From a virus (lineage: Duplodnaviria > Caudoviricetes), in IMG/VR virus record IMGVR_UViG_3300047408_000275, positions 1-50,860 of that record: DNA of 50,860 nucleotides; one strand, written 5' to 3'. The notes under the pieces were generated by a model. That model ran no database searches. It worked only from the letters and a program-made list of their open reading frames with translations, and had not been told where the DNA came from. A program made the position numbers and the translations under genes. Shown piece by piece: positions 8,900 through 17,210 of this stretch (the first letter of the stretch is position 1; each line of letters begins with the position of its first letter).

Positions 8900-9123
8900 A
8901 AGGTCAATATCCTACAAAATTTGAGGTCAATGTCTTACGAGCGACCTATTCTAAGAAAGATATAGTGAAGGACGTTTTTTATTAAAGCGTAAAGCCCGCT
9001 CGACACGGGCTAACATCACGCTTATAGTGGCACTGCACCCCGCCAATATATACCTGAGTTAACTACGTGTCAAGCGCTTTCCCGTTTATTTTTTAGTTAG
9101 GATAATACCTTCAAGGAGTCCAT

Positions 9124-10176
9124 ATGTTAAATAAAGATACTGACCAAGATGAAGACATCTTCATCATCAAGTACAAAAAAGAATCGGAGTATACGACGAT
9201 TTTTAATCAGTGCTTGAATGATGAAGACCTTTCAACAGATTCGGTGGCGATTTTAGCTTACGTTATGAGCAAGCCGAATGATTGGAAAATAAATATAAAA
9301 AATATATCGAACAGATACAAAATAGGACGAGACAAGGTGCGTAACTCAATAAATAATCTAATTCAGTATGGATATATGAAGAGAGTTCGACGAAGAAAAA
9401 AAGATGGCTCTCTCTCTAATATTTTAATCTATGCCTCTGACAAGCCAATGTTTTTATCAGAAAATTCACAGCTTTCTGAAAACCAGGAAGCTGTTGTTGC
9501 TGAGAATTATAACAAACAACCAGAGACTGAAATCCAGGCGGTGGTTACAACAGAGCCTGCTAACAAACAACCACGGCCTGAAAATCCGGCGCTGGTAAAT
9601 CAGGCTGTGGACTCCTTATATTCACAAAAGAAAGATGTTAACAAAGAAAACAACAACAACAAGATCACTACTAATCCTAAAGGCGCGCGCGCGACCCCCC
9701 CTTCTGATGGGGAGGTCAACCTATATTCTGATTCTTCTGTTGTTGTTTTTATGAAAAAGATTGAGGGGAGCGGTGTCCCAGAATCGACCCTTGTTGGATG
9801 GCTCAAAAAGCATGGGACGGACTACGTGGCTGAAAAGATACGCATCTACCAATCCAAGGGCGCCTTAGCAAACCCTGGCGGCTTCCTGAGTGCGGCGATA
9901 GCATACGACTGGAAGGAAAAGACCTCCGTCCAAACGCCGGCACTTGAGCCAAAGGACTGTAGACCAACAGATTACCCAACGCCCGATGAAAACCGAGAAT
10001 GGTTTAGACAGTTATCAGACAATGAGAAGAGCGGACTTAGGCAGTTAGCGCTAGTGAAGCATAATGCGTTTGATGAGATGCTCAAGCAGGCCAAGACCTC
10101 TATTTTAGATCCAGGCTTTCCTGATACCTTCCTGTTCAAAATGTTAATGGAGTTTGTTGGAAGAGCTAAACGATGA
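9124..10176 (+). CDS. Phage replication initiator (N-terminal HTH)
   Basis: YTTIFN..L.D..LS....IL.Y.MSKP.DWKI...GRDKV...IN.LI..GY, followed by a repeat-containing linker and a C-terminal NPGGFL motif. Confidence 0.85.
   Translation: MLNKDTDQDEDIFIIKYKKESEYTTIFNQCLNDEDLSTDSVAILAYVMSKPNDWKINIKNISNRYKIGRDKVRNSINNLIQYGYMKRVRRRKKDGSLSNILIYASDKPMFLSENSQLSENQEAVVAENYNKQPETEIQAVVTTEPANKQPRPENPALVNQAVDSLYSQKKDVNKENNNNKITTNPKGARATPPSDGEVNLYSDSSVVVFMKKIEGSGVPESTLVGWLKKHGTDYVAEKIRIYQSKGALANPGGFLSAAIAYDWKEKTSVQTPALEPKDCRPTDYPTPDENREWFRQLSDNEKSGLRQLALVKHNAFDEMLKQAKTSILDPGFPDTFLFKMLMEFVGRAKR
9476..9610. repeat. Iteron-like repeats, probable replication origin
   Basis: CTGAAAACCAGG, CTGAAATCCAGGCGGTGG, CTGAAAATCCGGCGCTGG and AATCAGGCTGTGG. 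TAACAAACAACCA occurs at 9510 and 9561. An A-rich tract follows. Confidence 0.65.
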
Positions 10177-10293
10177 GTCCAGAAACGCCACCAGACTCGC
10201 AAGGATTCGCAAGGCGGAACGAAATAGATAATATTGAATATTCGGACGGCCTATTAATTAAAACGTCGCCACGGTCGTTTTTGGAAGTTTTAG

Positions 10294-10530
10294 ATGATAG
10301 AGATTAACTGGCCAGCCGAATGCCTCGATACACTAGCCAGCTTAGCCGGAAAATACGGGCGCTGGTTAAACGCAAACGGAAGGCGCGCATGTTTCCTAAT
10401 CTGGTCGGGATGTACGCTCTACTGGGCCGTGCGTGACTTTAGGCTAGGGCTTTACTCGCAATGTATCTCGTGCATATTTTCTGTGGGACTGAACCTGTAT
10501 GGTTATCATAAATGGGGGAAAAACATATAG
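10294..10530 (+). CDS. PnuC-like small membrane protein
   Basis: G.WLN......F.IW......W......LYSQ.........YG...W pattern. Confidence 0.6.
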   Translation: MIEINWPAECLDTLASLAGKYGRWLNANGRRACFLIWSGCTLYWAVRDFRLGLYSQCISCIFSVGLNLYGYHKWGKNI

Positions 10531-10550
10531 TTTGAAAGATAGTTTAATAT

Positions 10551-10579
10551 TTGCAATGTAAGTTGGTATGCAATAAGCT
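10551..10579 (+). promoter_or_regulatory. Putative sigma70 promoter of the OMP gene
   Basis: TTGCAA-17-TAAGCT. Confidence 0.5.
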
Positions 10580-10611
10580 AAATTTTTGGTAATTAACTTA
10601 AGGACATTTTT

Positions 10612-11313
10612 ATGAAAAATTTAGCATTGATAGCTATTGCATTGGCATTTCTTTCCGGTTCTGTGCAGTCAAATACCTTGAACAATTATTTAGATTTTTA
10701 CATTGGTGCTGATGGTCAGCTTCGAGTAACGAAATTTAAGAAAGGATTCGGTAATAATTTATTGAAGAAAACATATCCGCAGGGGAATATTTATGCTGGC
10801 GTCATGCTGAGTGAAAATATTGGGGCGGAAGCGGGTTATGAATCGACAACTGAGAGAGCGTGTGATGCTACGTTATGGGATGGTGAGTGTTGCGCAGGAC
10901 GACATGTGCCGCCTGCTGCTGGGGTTGCGACATTTAAAACTAAGTTGCGGATAAAGGGACCACATGTAGGCTTGATTTTATTTCATCCGTTAAAAGATTC
11001 TCGTATTAGTCTTTTGGGGTCTGTAGGCTTAAGTTTTGTTAAGGGCACAGCAGAAATTAAAACAACGAGACTTGGTTTCCCGCCTATTGAAGGCGCTACA
11101 CGCTGCCTTAGCAAGCATAAAGAAGCTTTACGATTTATGGGGGGCGCCCAATATTTAACTCGGAGCGGATTAGGCTTTAGAGGAACCATGAGCTTTATTA
11201 AGACGCGAAAGATAGTGTTAAAGAAAAGCGATGACAATAGCAGCATTCAAATCCCAAGAATTAAGCTAAGAGATAGCGTTGTTTATGGGCTTGGAGCCTT
11301 TTGGGTATTCTAG
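10612..11313 (+). CDS. Outer-membrane beta-barrel protein (OmpA-TM/Ail-Lom-like)
   Basis: Signal peptide, FYIGA and IGAEAGYE strands, and C-terminal VYGLGAFWVF ending in Phe (BAM signal). Confidence 0.85.
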   Translation: MKNLALIAIALAFLSGSVQSNTLNNYLDFYIGADGQLRVTKFKKGFGNNLLKKTYPQGNIYAGVMLSENIGAEAGYESTTERACDATLWDGECCAGRHVPPAAGVATFKTKLRIKGPHVGLILFHPLKDSRISLLGSVGLSFVKGTAEIKTTRLGFPPIEGATRCLSKHKEALRFMGGAQYLTRSGLGFRGTMSFIKTRKIVLKKSDDNSSIQIPRIKLRDSVVYGLGAFWVF

Positions 11314-11531
11314 GCAGATAACGACAGACCTAGCGTTAACTAGCGCTTCCATGAAAAGCGTCCGCAGAGAAACAGGAGTAAAGCCGCGGAAGTCTGTCGC
11401 GATAGCATTATAGCATAGGTTCTGGCTGTTTGATAATACTAAGACGTTTATTAAGCTGTAGATCTCCACCATAAAAACTATTGCTTGAATTTCTGAAGTC
11501 TATTTTACAGGTTCCTTTATATGTATAGATA

Positions 11532-11768
11532 TCATATTGGCTCTTCCTTTCGTTCAACCCAGCATAAATGTGGCTGAATAGTTTCTATGTAACGAATGTT
11601 TCTAAATAAGCACCTGAACTGATAAATGCCATCTTCAGCTTCAAAATGTAGACCAAATCTTACAGATTCTCCGGTCGCGAGATCTAAAAATTCTGGTTCT
11701 ACGATGCGAACGGATTTAATAAGTTTACCTTTAAGGTCTTTGAAGTCATCTTCTTTATCTATGCTCAT
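11532..11768 (-). CDS. Hypothetical protein
   Basis: 78 aa with AGGAG RBS. Confidence 0.65.
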   Translation of the reverse strand: MSIDKEDDFKDLKGKLIKSVRIVEPEFLDLATGESVRFGLHFEAEDGIYQFRCLFRNIRYIETIQPHLCWVERKEEPI

Positions 11769-11889
11769 TTTAGCTCCTCTATTGGCTGTTTAGGCATTAT
11801 TTTCTTCTCTAGCATATCTTCGTACGAAAAATCAGGATTTCCAAGCTCACCCAGAGGGCTGAAGTCGTTTTCAAAGTCTCTATCGGAGT

Positions 11890-12135
11890 TCATTTGCATA
11901 CTCCTAGGAATGGAATGCCTTTCTTTCTTGTAGCTCTTTCAAAATTTACTATTTTATCTTTAATGTTATCGATTCTTGTTATGAAATCCGTGCTGTATTT
12001 CTTTAGGCGTTCATCTAAGTAATTTTCATTTATTTTCTCTTCTGCGTCTGAAAGATATTCAATGAGCGCGACGTGAATGTCACATGCTTCCTCCTCAGAA
12101 AAAGTTATGTGATTCATATAGATTGACTTGTCCAT
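11890..12135 (-). CDS. Hypothetical protein
   Basis: Strong AGGAGG RBS before the ATG at 12135. Confidence 0.65.
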   Translation of the reverse strand: MDKSIYMNHITFSEEEACDIHVALIEYLSDAEEKINENYLDERLKKYSTDFITRIDNIKDKIVNFERATRKKGIPFLGVCK

Positions 12136-12258
12136 GGTTTCCTCCTGCTTGCGATCCATAATGGTGAATTGCAATGGAGTTTAGTCTCAGGATTCGTGGT
12201 TGTCAATACCGCCAAAGAAAAGGTTTACGGCATTCGTTGCATACTATATGATGGCCTC

Positions 12259-12424
12259 GAGTAATAGCGGCGTTGACAGCGAAACGCGCTTAACCTGACT
12301 ATAGCGTATGAAACATCTAAAGGTACTGCTTTGCAATGGCTCACGCTTTCTTGGTATATAAGACGAGTGAGGATAGTGATGTGGCTATGTTCTTTAGCAG
12401 GTGCAATTCCTGCCGGTTGCTCAA
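12259..12424 (+). ncRNA. tRNA-like structured RNA with about 110 nt insert
   Basis: GAGTAAT/GTTGCTC closing stem, GCGTT/AACGC D-arm-like hairpin, GCAGG-TGCAATT-CCTGC T-arm-like hairpin, and internal hairpins. Confidence 0.55.
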
Positions 12425-12445
12425 TTTATGTAGGAGATGAACAAT

Positions 12446-12568
12446 ATGCGATATCGGATATTAACTATGGTTGCATTCTTATTGCTGAGCGCGTGCTCTC
12501 CCGCTGGTATAAGGATAACAGAAGAAGTGATTGAAGATGTTGCTGAGAAAGAGCTTTTAAGTTATTAA
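12446..12568 (+). CDS. Small lipoprotein (not in ORF track)
   Basis: MRYRILTMVAFLLLSAC-SPAG...: basic n-region, h-region and LSAC lipobox. AGGAG RBS. Confidence 0.7.
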   Translation: MRYRILTMVAFLLLSACSPAGIRITEEVIEDVAEKELLSY

Positions 12569-12603
12569 TTTTCATTGCTATTTTATTCTCACCATGCCGT
12601 GTT

Positions 12604-12783
12604 ATGGCTAGCTGTTGTAAAAAAATTGTTGATTATATGGTTGTTAGACAGTCCCTTAGAGAAGATTTTAGCGAAACAGTGGGAAGACTTATCAGGGAAG
12701 GCTGGCAGCCATTTGGTGGTGTTGCGGTTATTAGATATGTGACAGCTCAAGCAATGGTTAAGTACGAAGAGTGTAGTAATTAA
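12604..12783 (+). CDS. DUF1737-like small protein (not in ORF track)
   Basis: V..LIREGWQPFGGV......QAMVKY motif, 59 aa. Confidence 0.7.
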   Translation: MASCCKKIVDYMVVRQSLREDFSETVGRLIREGWQPFGGVAVIRYVTAQAMVKYEECSN

Positions 12784-12796
12784 ATTGGGAGGAAGA

Positions 12797-13081
12797 ATGA
12801 AGATTATACTGAGGGCATGCATTGAGAAAAGTATTGATGGTAATGATGATATTGTTTTTTATCAGAGTTGTGCGTGTAACTCAACTGCCAAATTCTATGC
12901 GCTTATGGGAAGAAGCAGGTTATATGTCAAAGACATTCCGAGAGTGATTGCTATTGGTATAGAAGTGCAGATTGTAGAGGTTAGCGGCGAAGATATTTAT
13001 CGCATTTCCCTTGCTCTGAGAAACGAAAAGCTTTCTTGTAAATCTTCATACGTTCTTTCTATATCGGAAATACGTGAATAG
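12797..13081 (+). CDS. Hypothetical phage protein, apparent paralog of 3461-3709
   Basis: GGAGG RBS and a shared C...F..L......L..KD....I..G.E...V pattern. Confidence 0.65.
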   Translation: MKIILRACIEKSIDGNDDIVFYQSCACNSTAKFYALMGRSRLYVKDIPRVIAIGIEVQIVEVSGEDIYRISLALRNEKLSCKSSYVLSISEIRE

Positions 13082-13305
13082 CGATGGAATAGAATTATTC
13101 CCAGGGAATAAAAAAGCATAATGGTCTGCTCAGGGTTTTTCCACATACCCCTAAAAGTAGTGTAATAGCGCTCTGGGCAGGCCGCCATTATTGGGCGTAA
13201 CATTTAACAAGGTGGTTGTGAGGATTTAACATATTTTGGAATATATTGTTTTATAACAATGCGTTATAATGGATTTATTTTAAAAACATTTAACGGAGCA
13301 GGAAA

Positions 13306-13614
13306 ATGAGTATATGTGATGTATGTGAGAAAGTAGAAATAGTTAAGTGTGACTATTGCAAAAAATCAGAGCTTCGTGCTAGAGAATGTGCGAATAAAGA
13401 TATCGTTTTTGGATTAACAGGTCAAAAACTGACAGCGGACCAAGAATTGTCTATTCTTAGGATAAAAGCTATCGCTAGAGAGCTTTATGAATATGTTGAT
13501 AGTCTTAATGACAATTTCTCTGCAGCAGAGTTTTCATTAGCTAAGCACAAGCTAGAAGAATGCGTGATGTGGGCCAGTAGAGGGATTACTAAATACGACA
13601 GAACCAAGCTTTAG
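13306..13614 (+). CDS. Acb2/Tad1-like helical-hairpin protein with N-terminal CxxC pairs
   Basis: LT.DQ...I..IK..A..L...AEFSLAKHKLEECVMWASRGI resembles the RE.S.A.T.LEE..MW motif of nucleotide-signal sponge proteins. Confidence 0.65.
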   Translation: MSICDVCEKVEIVKCDYCKKSELRARECANKDIVFGLTGQKLTADQELSILRIKAIARELYEYVDSLNDNFSAAEFSLAKHKLEECVMWASRGITKYDRTKL

Positions 13615-13701
13615 CTTTGAAGTGTTGACAAGACTGTTTACATCTGGCAATATTTCTTCTGTTGTCCTGCGTGCTGGGTATCTATTTTATAGAGGTATAT
13701 T

Positions 13702-13893
13702 ATGTCTTGTCTTATTTACCATAAATGGACGCGCTGGAATCAATACACCAGGAAAGGAAATATGGTCATAAATGGTATTATGTTTGACATGGTCGAATTT
13801 AAAGACAAGTTTCTCAACTATAAAGAAAATTATCAAGTAAGATTTTGTAAGGAATGCGGGAAGAGACAGGACGAGTTTATATCATATGAATAG
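13702..13893 (+). CDS. Small Cys/His phage protein
   Basis: C...HKW..W ... R.C..CG pattern. Confidence 0.65.
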   Translation: MSCLIYHKWTRWNQYTRKGNMVINGIMFDMVEFKDKFLNYKENYQVRFCKECGKRQDEFISYE

Positions 13894-13911
13894 GAGAAAC
13901 AGGAGTAAATC

Positions 13912-14121
13912 ATGTCAAATGAGACGATCAAAAGGTTAACGGGAAGATATCAAGATTGGCTTGTCAATTGTCTATCAGACAAGAATGAATTAATTGCCTA
14001 TCTGAAAGCATGTCTAGAAGATTTTGAGTTAAACGAACAAGAAGAATCATTTATAATTTTACAATGGTCGCTTGAAAGGGCGCTCGAGGCTCTGTCTAAA
14101 AAGGAGAAACAGGAATGCTAG
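13912..14121 (+). CDS. Addiction-module antidote-like N-terminal domain, lacking the HTH
   Basis: YQDWL...LSD.....AYL.ACLE...F...L....EA resembles the N-terminus of HI1420-type antidotes. Confidence 0.5.
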   Translation: MSNETIKRLTGRYQDWLVNCLSDKNELIAYLKACLEDFELNEQEESFIILQWSLERALEALSKKEKQEC

Positions 14122-14567
14122 AATTTTTCACATGGTACATGGTCGCATCCATTGTAGGTGCGTGGGCACTAATAGCCTATGTATTCTATAGGCTATCGCG
14201 GATGTCTGAGGACATACGTGAACTTGTAATGTCAAAAGTAAACGTTAAGAGCAATGAATTACAGATTGTTTCTATTGATAAACGATTAACAAAACACTCA
14301 GAAATATTGAGTGATCGCGCAAAAGATATCGGAATCCTTGAAGACACTCAGGCAGCGCTTCATCGGAAGATCTCAGACGAGACCACCAAACGGCAAGCGA
14401 TGATAGGAGAAATGCTTGAAATGTCTGCCAGCATGATTGCGCTTAAGTCTTACATAGATGAGCACATTAATGGTCGGCATAAAGACCTTTGTGATGACTT
14501 GAGAACATTAGACACATGCTTTAAGGAATCGCTTGATGACATAAAGGAGAAACTACTAAATGACTGA
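14115..14567 (+). CDS. Membrane-anchored coiled-coil protein
   Basis: N-terminal TM helix followed by a heptad-rich region. Confidence 0.7.
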   Translation: MLEFFTWYMVASIVGAWALIAYVFYRLSRMSEDIRELVMSKVNVKSNELQIVSIDKRLTKHSEILSDRAKDIGILEDTQAALHRKISDETTKRQAMIGEMLEMSASMIALKSYIDEHINGRHKDLCDDLRTLDTCFKESLDDIKEKLLND

Positions 14568-14994
14568 CGACGATATGACTTTTGTCGAAAACGACAAAAA
14601 CCTAAAGCGCGATGACCCATCCGATTGCAAAGATTCTGATGATGCGATGAGCCTGCTAAGAAAGCGCGCTCAAAAGCAAGCAACACAAGAAGTGGCATCA
14701 CTTATGTCTGGCGAGGTTATTGAACTTACGCCAGAGATTCTAGAAGAGCTTGTGGTAAAAGCTCAAGAAACTAGCGATTACTTTAACGGTAAGCTTGACG
14801 ATTTCATGACGCTAGAGCTCGCGACTGCTGCGAGAACGTTGAGGCAGGCTGGCTTTACGTGGCGTGGGATTGCGCAAGAATTCAACGACATGCTTGATGG
14901 CGATTGGGGTAGTAATCAGATTATGGGTATGGAAATTTGCACAGCCGCGGCTAAGTTGTTGGGCGAAGATTCTGATGCGGAGCCTTGGAATTGA
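14560..14994 (+). CDS. Hypothetical protein, paralog of 16881-17210
   Basis: Shared DGDWG..N..MG....AA..L motif. Confidence 0.7.
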   Translation: MTDDDMTFVENDKNLKRDDPSDCKDSDDAMSLLRKRAQKQATQEVASLMSGEVIELTPEILEELVVKAQETSDYFNGKLDDFMTLELATAARTLRQAGFTWRGIAQEFNDMLDGDWGSNQIMGMEICTAAAKLLGEDSDAEPWN

Positions 14995-14995
14995 T

Positions 14996-15457
14996 ATGAG
15001 CAAACCTTTCCTCTTTATTGATACAGAATTTAACGGCTCACCCCTAAACGGGTTTTCCGGACAACTTATTTCAATGGCCATTCTTGATAAATTCAATGAG
15101 TTTTACGAGGTAATAAGGTTGTCAAATGACATACCAATCGACCCGTGGGTAGAGGAAAATGTAATCCCAGTTCTTAACAAGACCCCTATTTCATTCAAAG
15201 AGTTTCAGGGAAAGCTAGAATCTTTTCTAAATAAGTGTTTTTTTCCAGATGGATTTATTATTGTAGCCGACTGGCCAGATGACATTAAGTATTTCTGTGA
15301 TTCCTTGATTACTGATCCTGGGTATATGATTTCTGTGCCGTCCTTTGAGACGCGCGTTATATTAGATATAAACTCTAGTAATTCGAATATACCTCATAAT
15401 GCTCTGGAGGATGCGAAAGCTATTAGGGATTCTTGGTTAACTAAAATTTTAGGATAA
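14996..15457 (+). CDS. DEDDh 3'-5' exonuclease (Rv2179c/RNase AS-like)
   Basis: FIDTEF, LISMA, WV.ENV.P.L, ADWPDD and HNALEDA motifs. Confidence 0.88.
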   Translation: MSKPFLFIDTEFNGSPLNGFSGQLISMAILDKFNEFYEVIRLSNDIPIDPWVEENVIPVLNKTPISFKEFQGKLESFLNKCFFPDGFIIVADWPDDIKYFCDSLITDPGYMISVPSFETRVILDINSSNSNIPHNALEDAKAIRDSWLTKILG

Positions 15458-15604
15458 ACCGTCATGAAAGACTTTAGCAGCAAATCTGGTCATATAATGT
15501 TATGTTGGCCGCGTTAGAATAACGGGCGCCTTTTTTTATACTATGCCAAAGGGGTATTTCCCAGAGCACTTTAATAGAGATGATTATATTTCAGGGGAAT
15601 AACA

Positions 15605-15811
15605 ATGGCAGATGAAAAAATTAGAACAATAACAGCATATGCGCATAAGCCATTCGCGCTATCTTGGCAACTAATAATAAACTCTGTTTTGTATGACCTT
15701 AAAGAAAAATATGGTCGAGAGTTTTCGGCAGATGATAAAGAGGCGGATGATATCTTGAAAGTGCTTTTCGAAAAACATAAACAGTGGTGGGAAAAGGAGC
15801 CTTGGAAATGA
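15605..15811 (+). CDS. Hypothetical protein
   Basis: 68 aa with RBS, coupled to the next gene. Confidence 0.6.
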   Translation: MADEKIRTITAYAHKPFALSWQLIINSVLYDLKEKYGREFSADDKEADDILKVLFEKHKQWWEKEPWK

Positions 15812-16305
15812 GAGAGCTTAAATTTAGAACCTGGTTTGAAGACACCAATGAAGTAACAAAACCATGGACTATATGCGATGTTTCGGAGGGAAAAGATCCG
15901 AACTTTGGGTTCATAAGAAAAGAACCTTTTGGAGCTGGAACAGGAGGAACAGCAGTAGGAGGTATTTATTTAAGTCAGGTTAGAAATCATAGAATAATGC
16001 AATACACCGGACTTAAAGATAAAAACGGCAAGGAGATTTATGAGGGTGATATCCTGTCATGTTTTAGTTCATGGATAACGTGTAATAAAAGTAATAGAAT
16101 TAGAAGGCAAGAATTACAAGCAGGAATTGTTACTTTTAAATTTGGACATTTTAGGATTGAAGACGAAAAAGGATATTGTATCAAAGATATTGATGATGAG
16201 GAAGATTTGCAAATAATTGGTAATATATATCAAACTCCTGAAATTGAAATTGGAAAAATTGATATTTTATCTGAAATTCCTATGGGAAGCTGGGAGAGAT
16301 ATTGA
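15808..16305 (+). CDS. YopX family protein
   Basis: MRELKFR.W, MQYTGLKDKNGKEIYEGDI and IIGNIY motifs. Confidence 0.92.
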   Translation: MRELKFRTWFEDTNEVTKPWTICDVSEGKDPNFGFIRKEPFGAGTGGTAVGGIYLSQVRNHRIMQYTGLKDKNGKEIYEGDILSCFSSWITCNKSNRIRRQELQAGIVTFKFGHFRIEDEKGYCIKDIDDEEDLQIIGNIYQTPEIEIGKIDILSEIPMGSWERY

Positions 16306-16359
16306 AATAATCCGAAACATCTACGAAAACCACGACCTATTGGAAACCCCTGAATAGTT

Positions 16360-16404
16360 TGTTATACTGCCCACACATGGATAGAGCTTCAAGGAACAAG
16401 GATA
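16360..16404 (+). promoter_or_regulatory. Extended -10 promoter and leader with three ANGGA motifs
   Basis: TGnTATACT at 16360-16368, ATGGA at 16377, AAGGA at 16391 and 16398. Confidence 0.55.
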
Positions 16405-16884
16405 GTGGGAGTGGCGCATAGCAAGAAAAGGATAAATCCATTCGCAGGAGCAAGGATTGATACCTTTAAAGCGCTATGCCAAGCATATGCTCCAGAAGCA
16501 CTTGCGCTAATCAAGGATATGATTGAAGATAGGTCTACACGAGAAGCCATAAGATTTCAGGCATTAAAATTCGTGGTAGAGCAGGCTTATGGAAAAGCTT
16601 CTCAATCGCTTGTGATTAGAGAAGAACAGGAAGTTTCGGCTGCGATGATGTCTACAGCGCAACTAAGACTAGCAGCAGCAGGGCAAACACAGGAATTAGT
16701 TTGCAGCCTTATAGAGTCAGGGAAGCTCGATGAATACACTCGTGCGTATAAAGGATTACGCGAGGAAAAGGATATAACACAGCCGATAGAAGCGCTCAAG
16801 GATAAGCGCGAGGCTGAGGCCAGGGATGGCCTCAAGGATGGACGTGTGTCAAAAATAAAAGCTAAGAGGGCGTCTAAGAAATGA
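16405..16884 (+). CDS. Candidate terminase small subunit
   Basis: L.QAYAPEA...I..M.......R..A...VEQAYGK.SQ helical pattern seen in TerS-like phage proteins. Confidence 0.5.
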   Translation: MGVAHSKKRINPFAGARIDTFKALCQAYAPEALALIKDMIEDRSTREAIRFQALKFVVEQAYGKASQSLVIREEQEVSAAMMSTAQLRLAAAGQTQELVCSLIESGKLDEYTRAYKGLREEKDITQPIEALKDKREAEARDGLKDGRVSKIKAKRASKK

Positions 16885-17210
16885 GGTCTCTGCAAAATGT
16901 AAAATTAATTTTGTTTGGGCACGCACTTGAATTCGTGAACTCAGACGAAAGAGCTCGCCTTATCATTTATCTTCGCATTAATAAAAAAAGAAGTTACGAA
17001 ATTTCTGAGGAATGCCATAGGTTATGGGATGGTGATTGGGGCAATCCCGAATTAAATTATGATATGGGAGAAGCCCTGTACAAAGCCGCTGAAGCGTTTT
17101 TAACAAATGATGTTCCGACTTCGTGGAATCATATAGGGAAAGCTCTCGAAGAGGCAATATACAAGAATGATCAACAAGATGAAAAATGGTGGGAGGGAAT
17201 GCTAAAATGA
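16881..17210 (+). CDS. Hypothetical protein, paralog of 14560-14994
   Basis: DGDWG motif and ATGA coupling. Confidence 0.7.
   Translation: MRSLQNVKLILFGHALEFVNSDERARLIIYLRINKKRSYEISEECHRLWDGDWGNPELNYDMGEALYKAAEAFLTNDVPTSWNHIGKALEEAIYKNDQQDEKWWEGMLK

Noticed and set aside
12331-12534. 67-aa ORF
   Set aside because: TTG start without an RBS. It overlaps the structured RNA and the better-supported lipoprotein ORF.
15506-15538. Terminator/attenuator after the exonuclease gene
   Set aside because: The stem is short and bulged. Plausible, but too weak to call.
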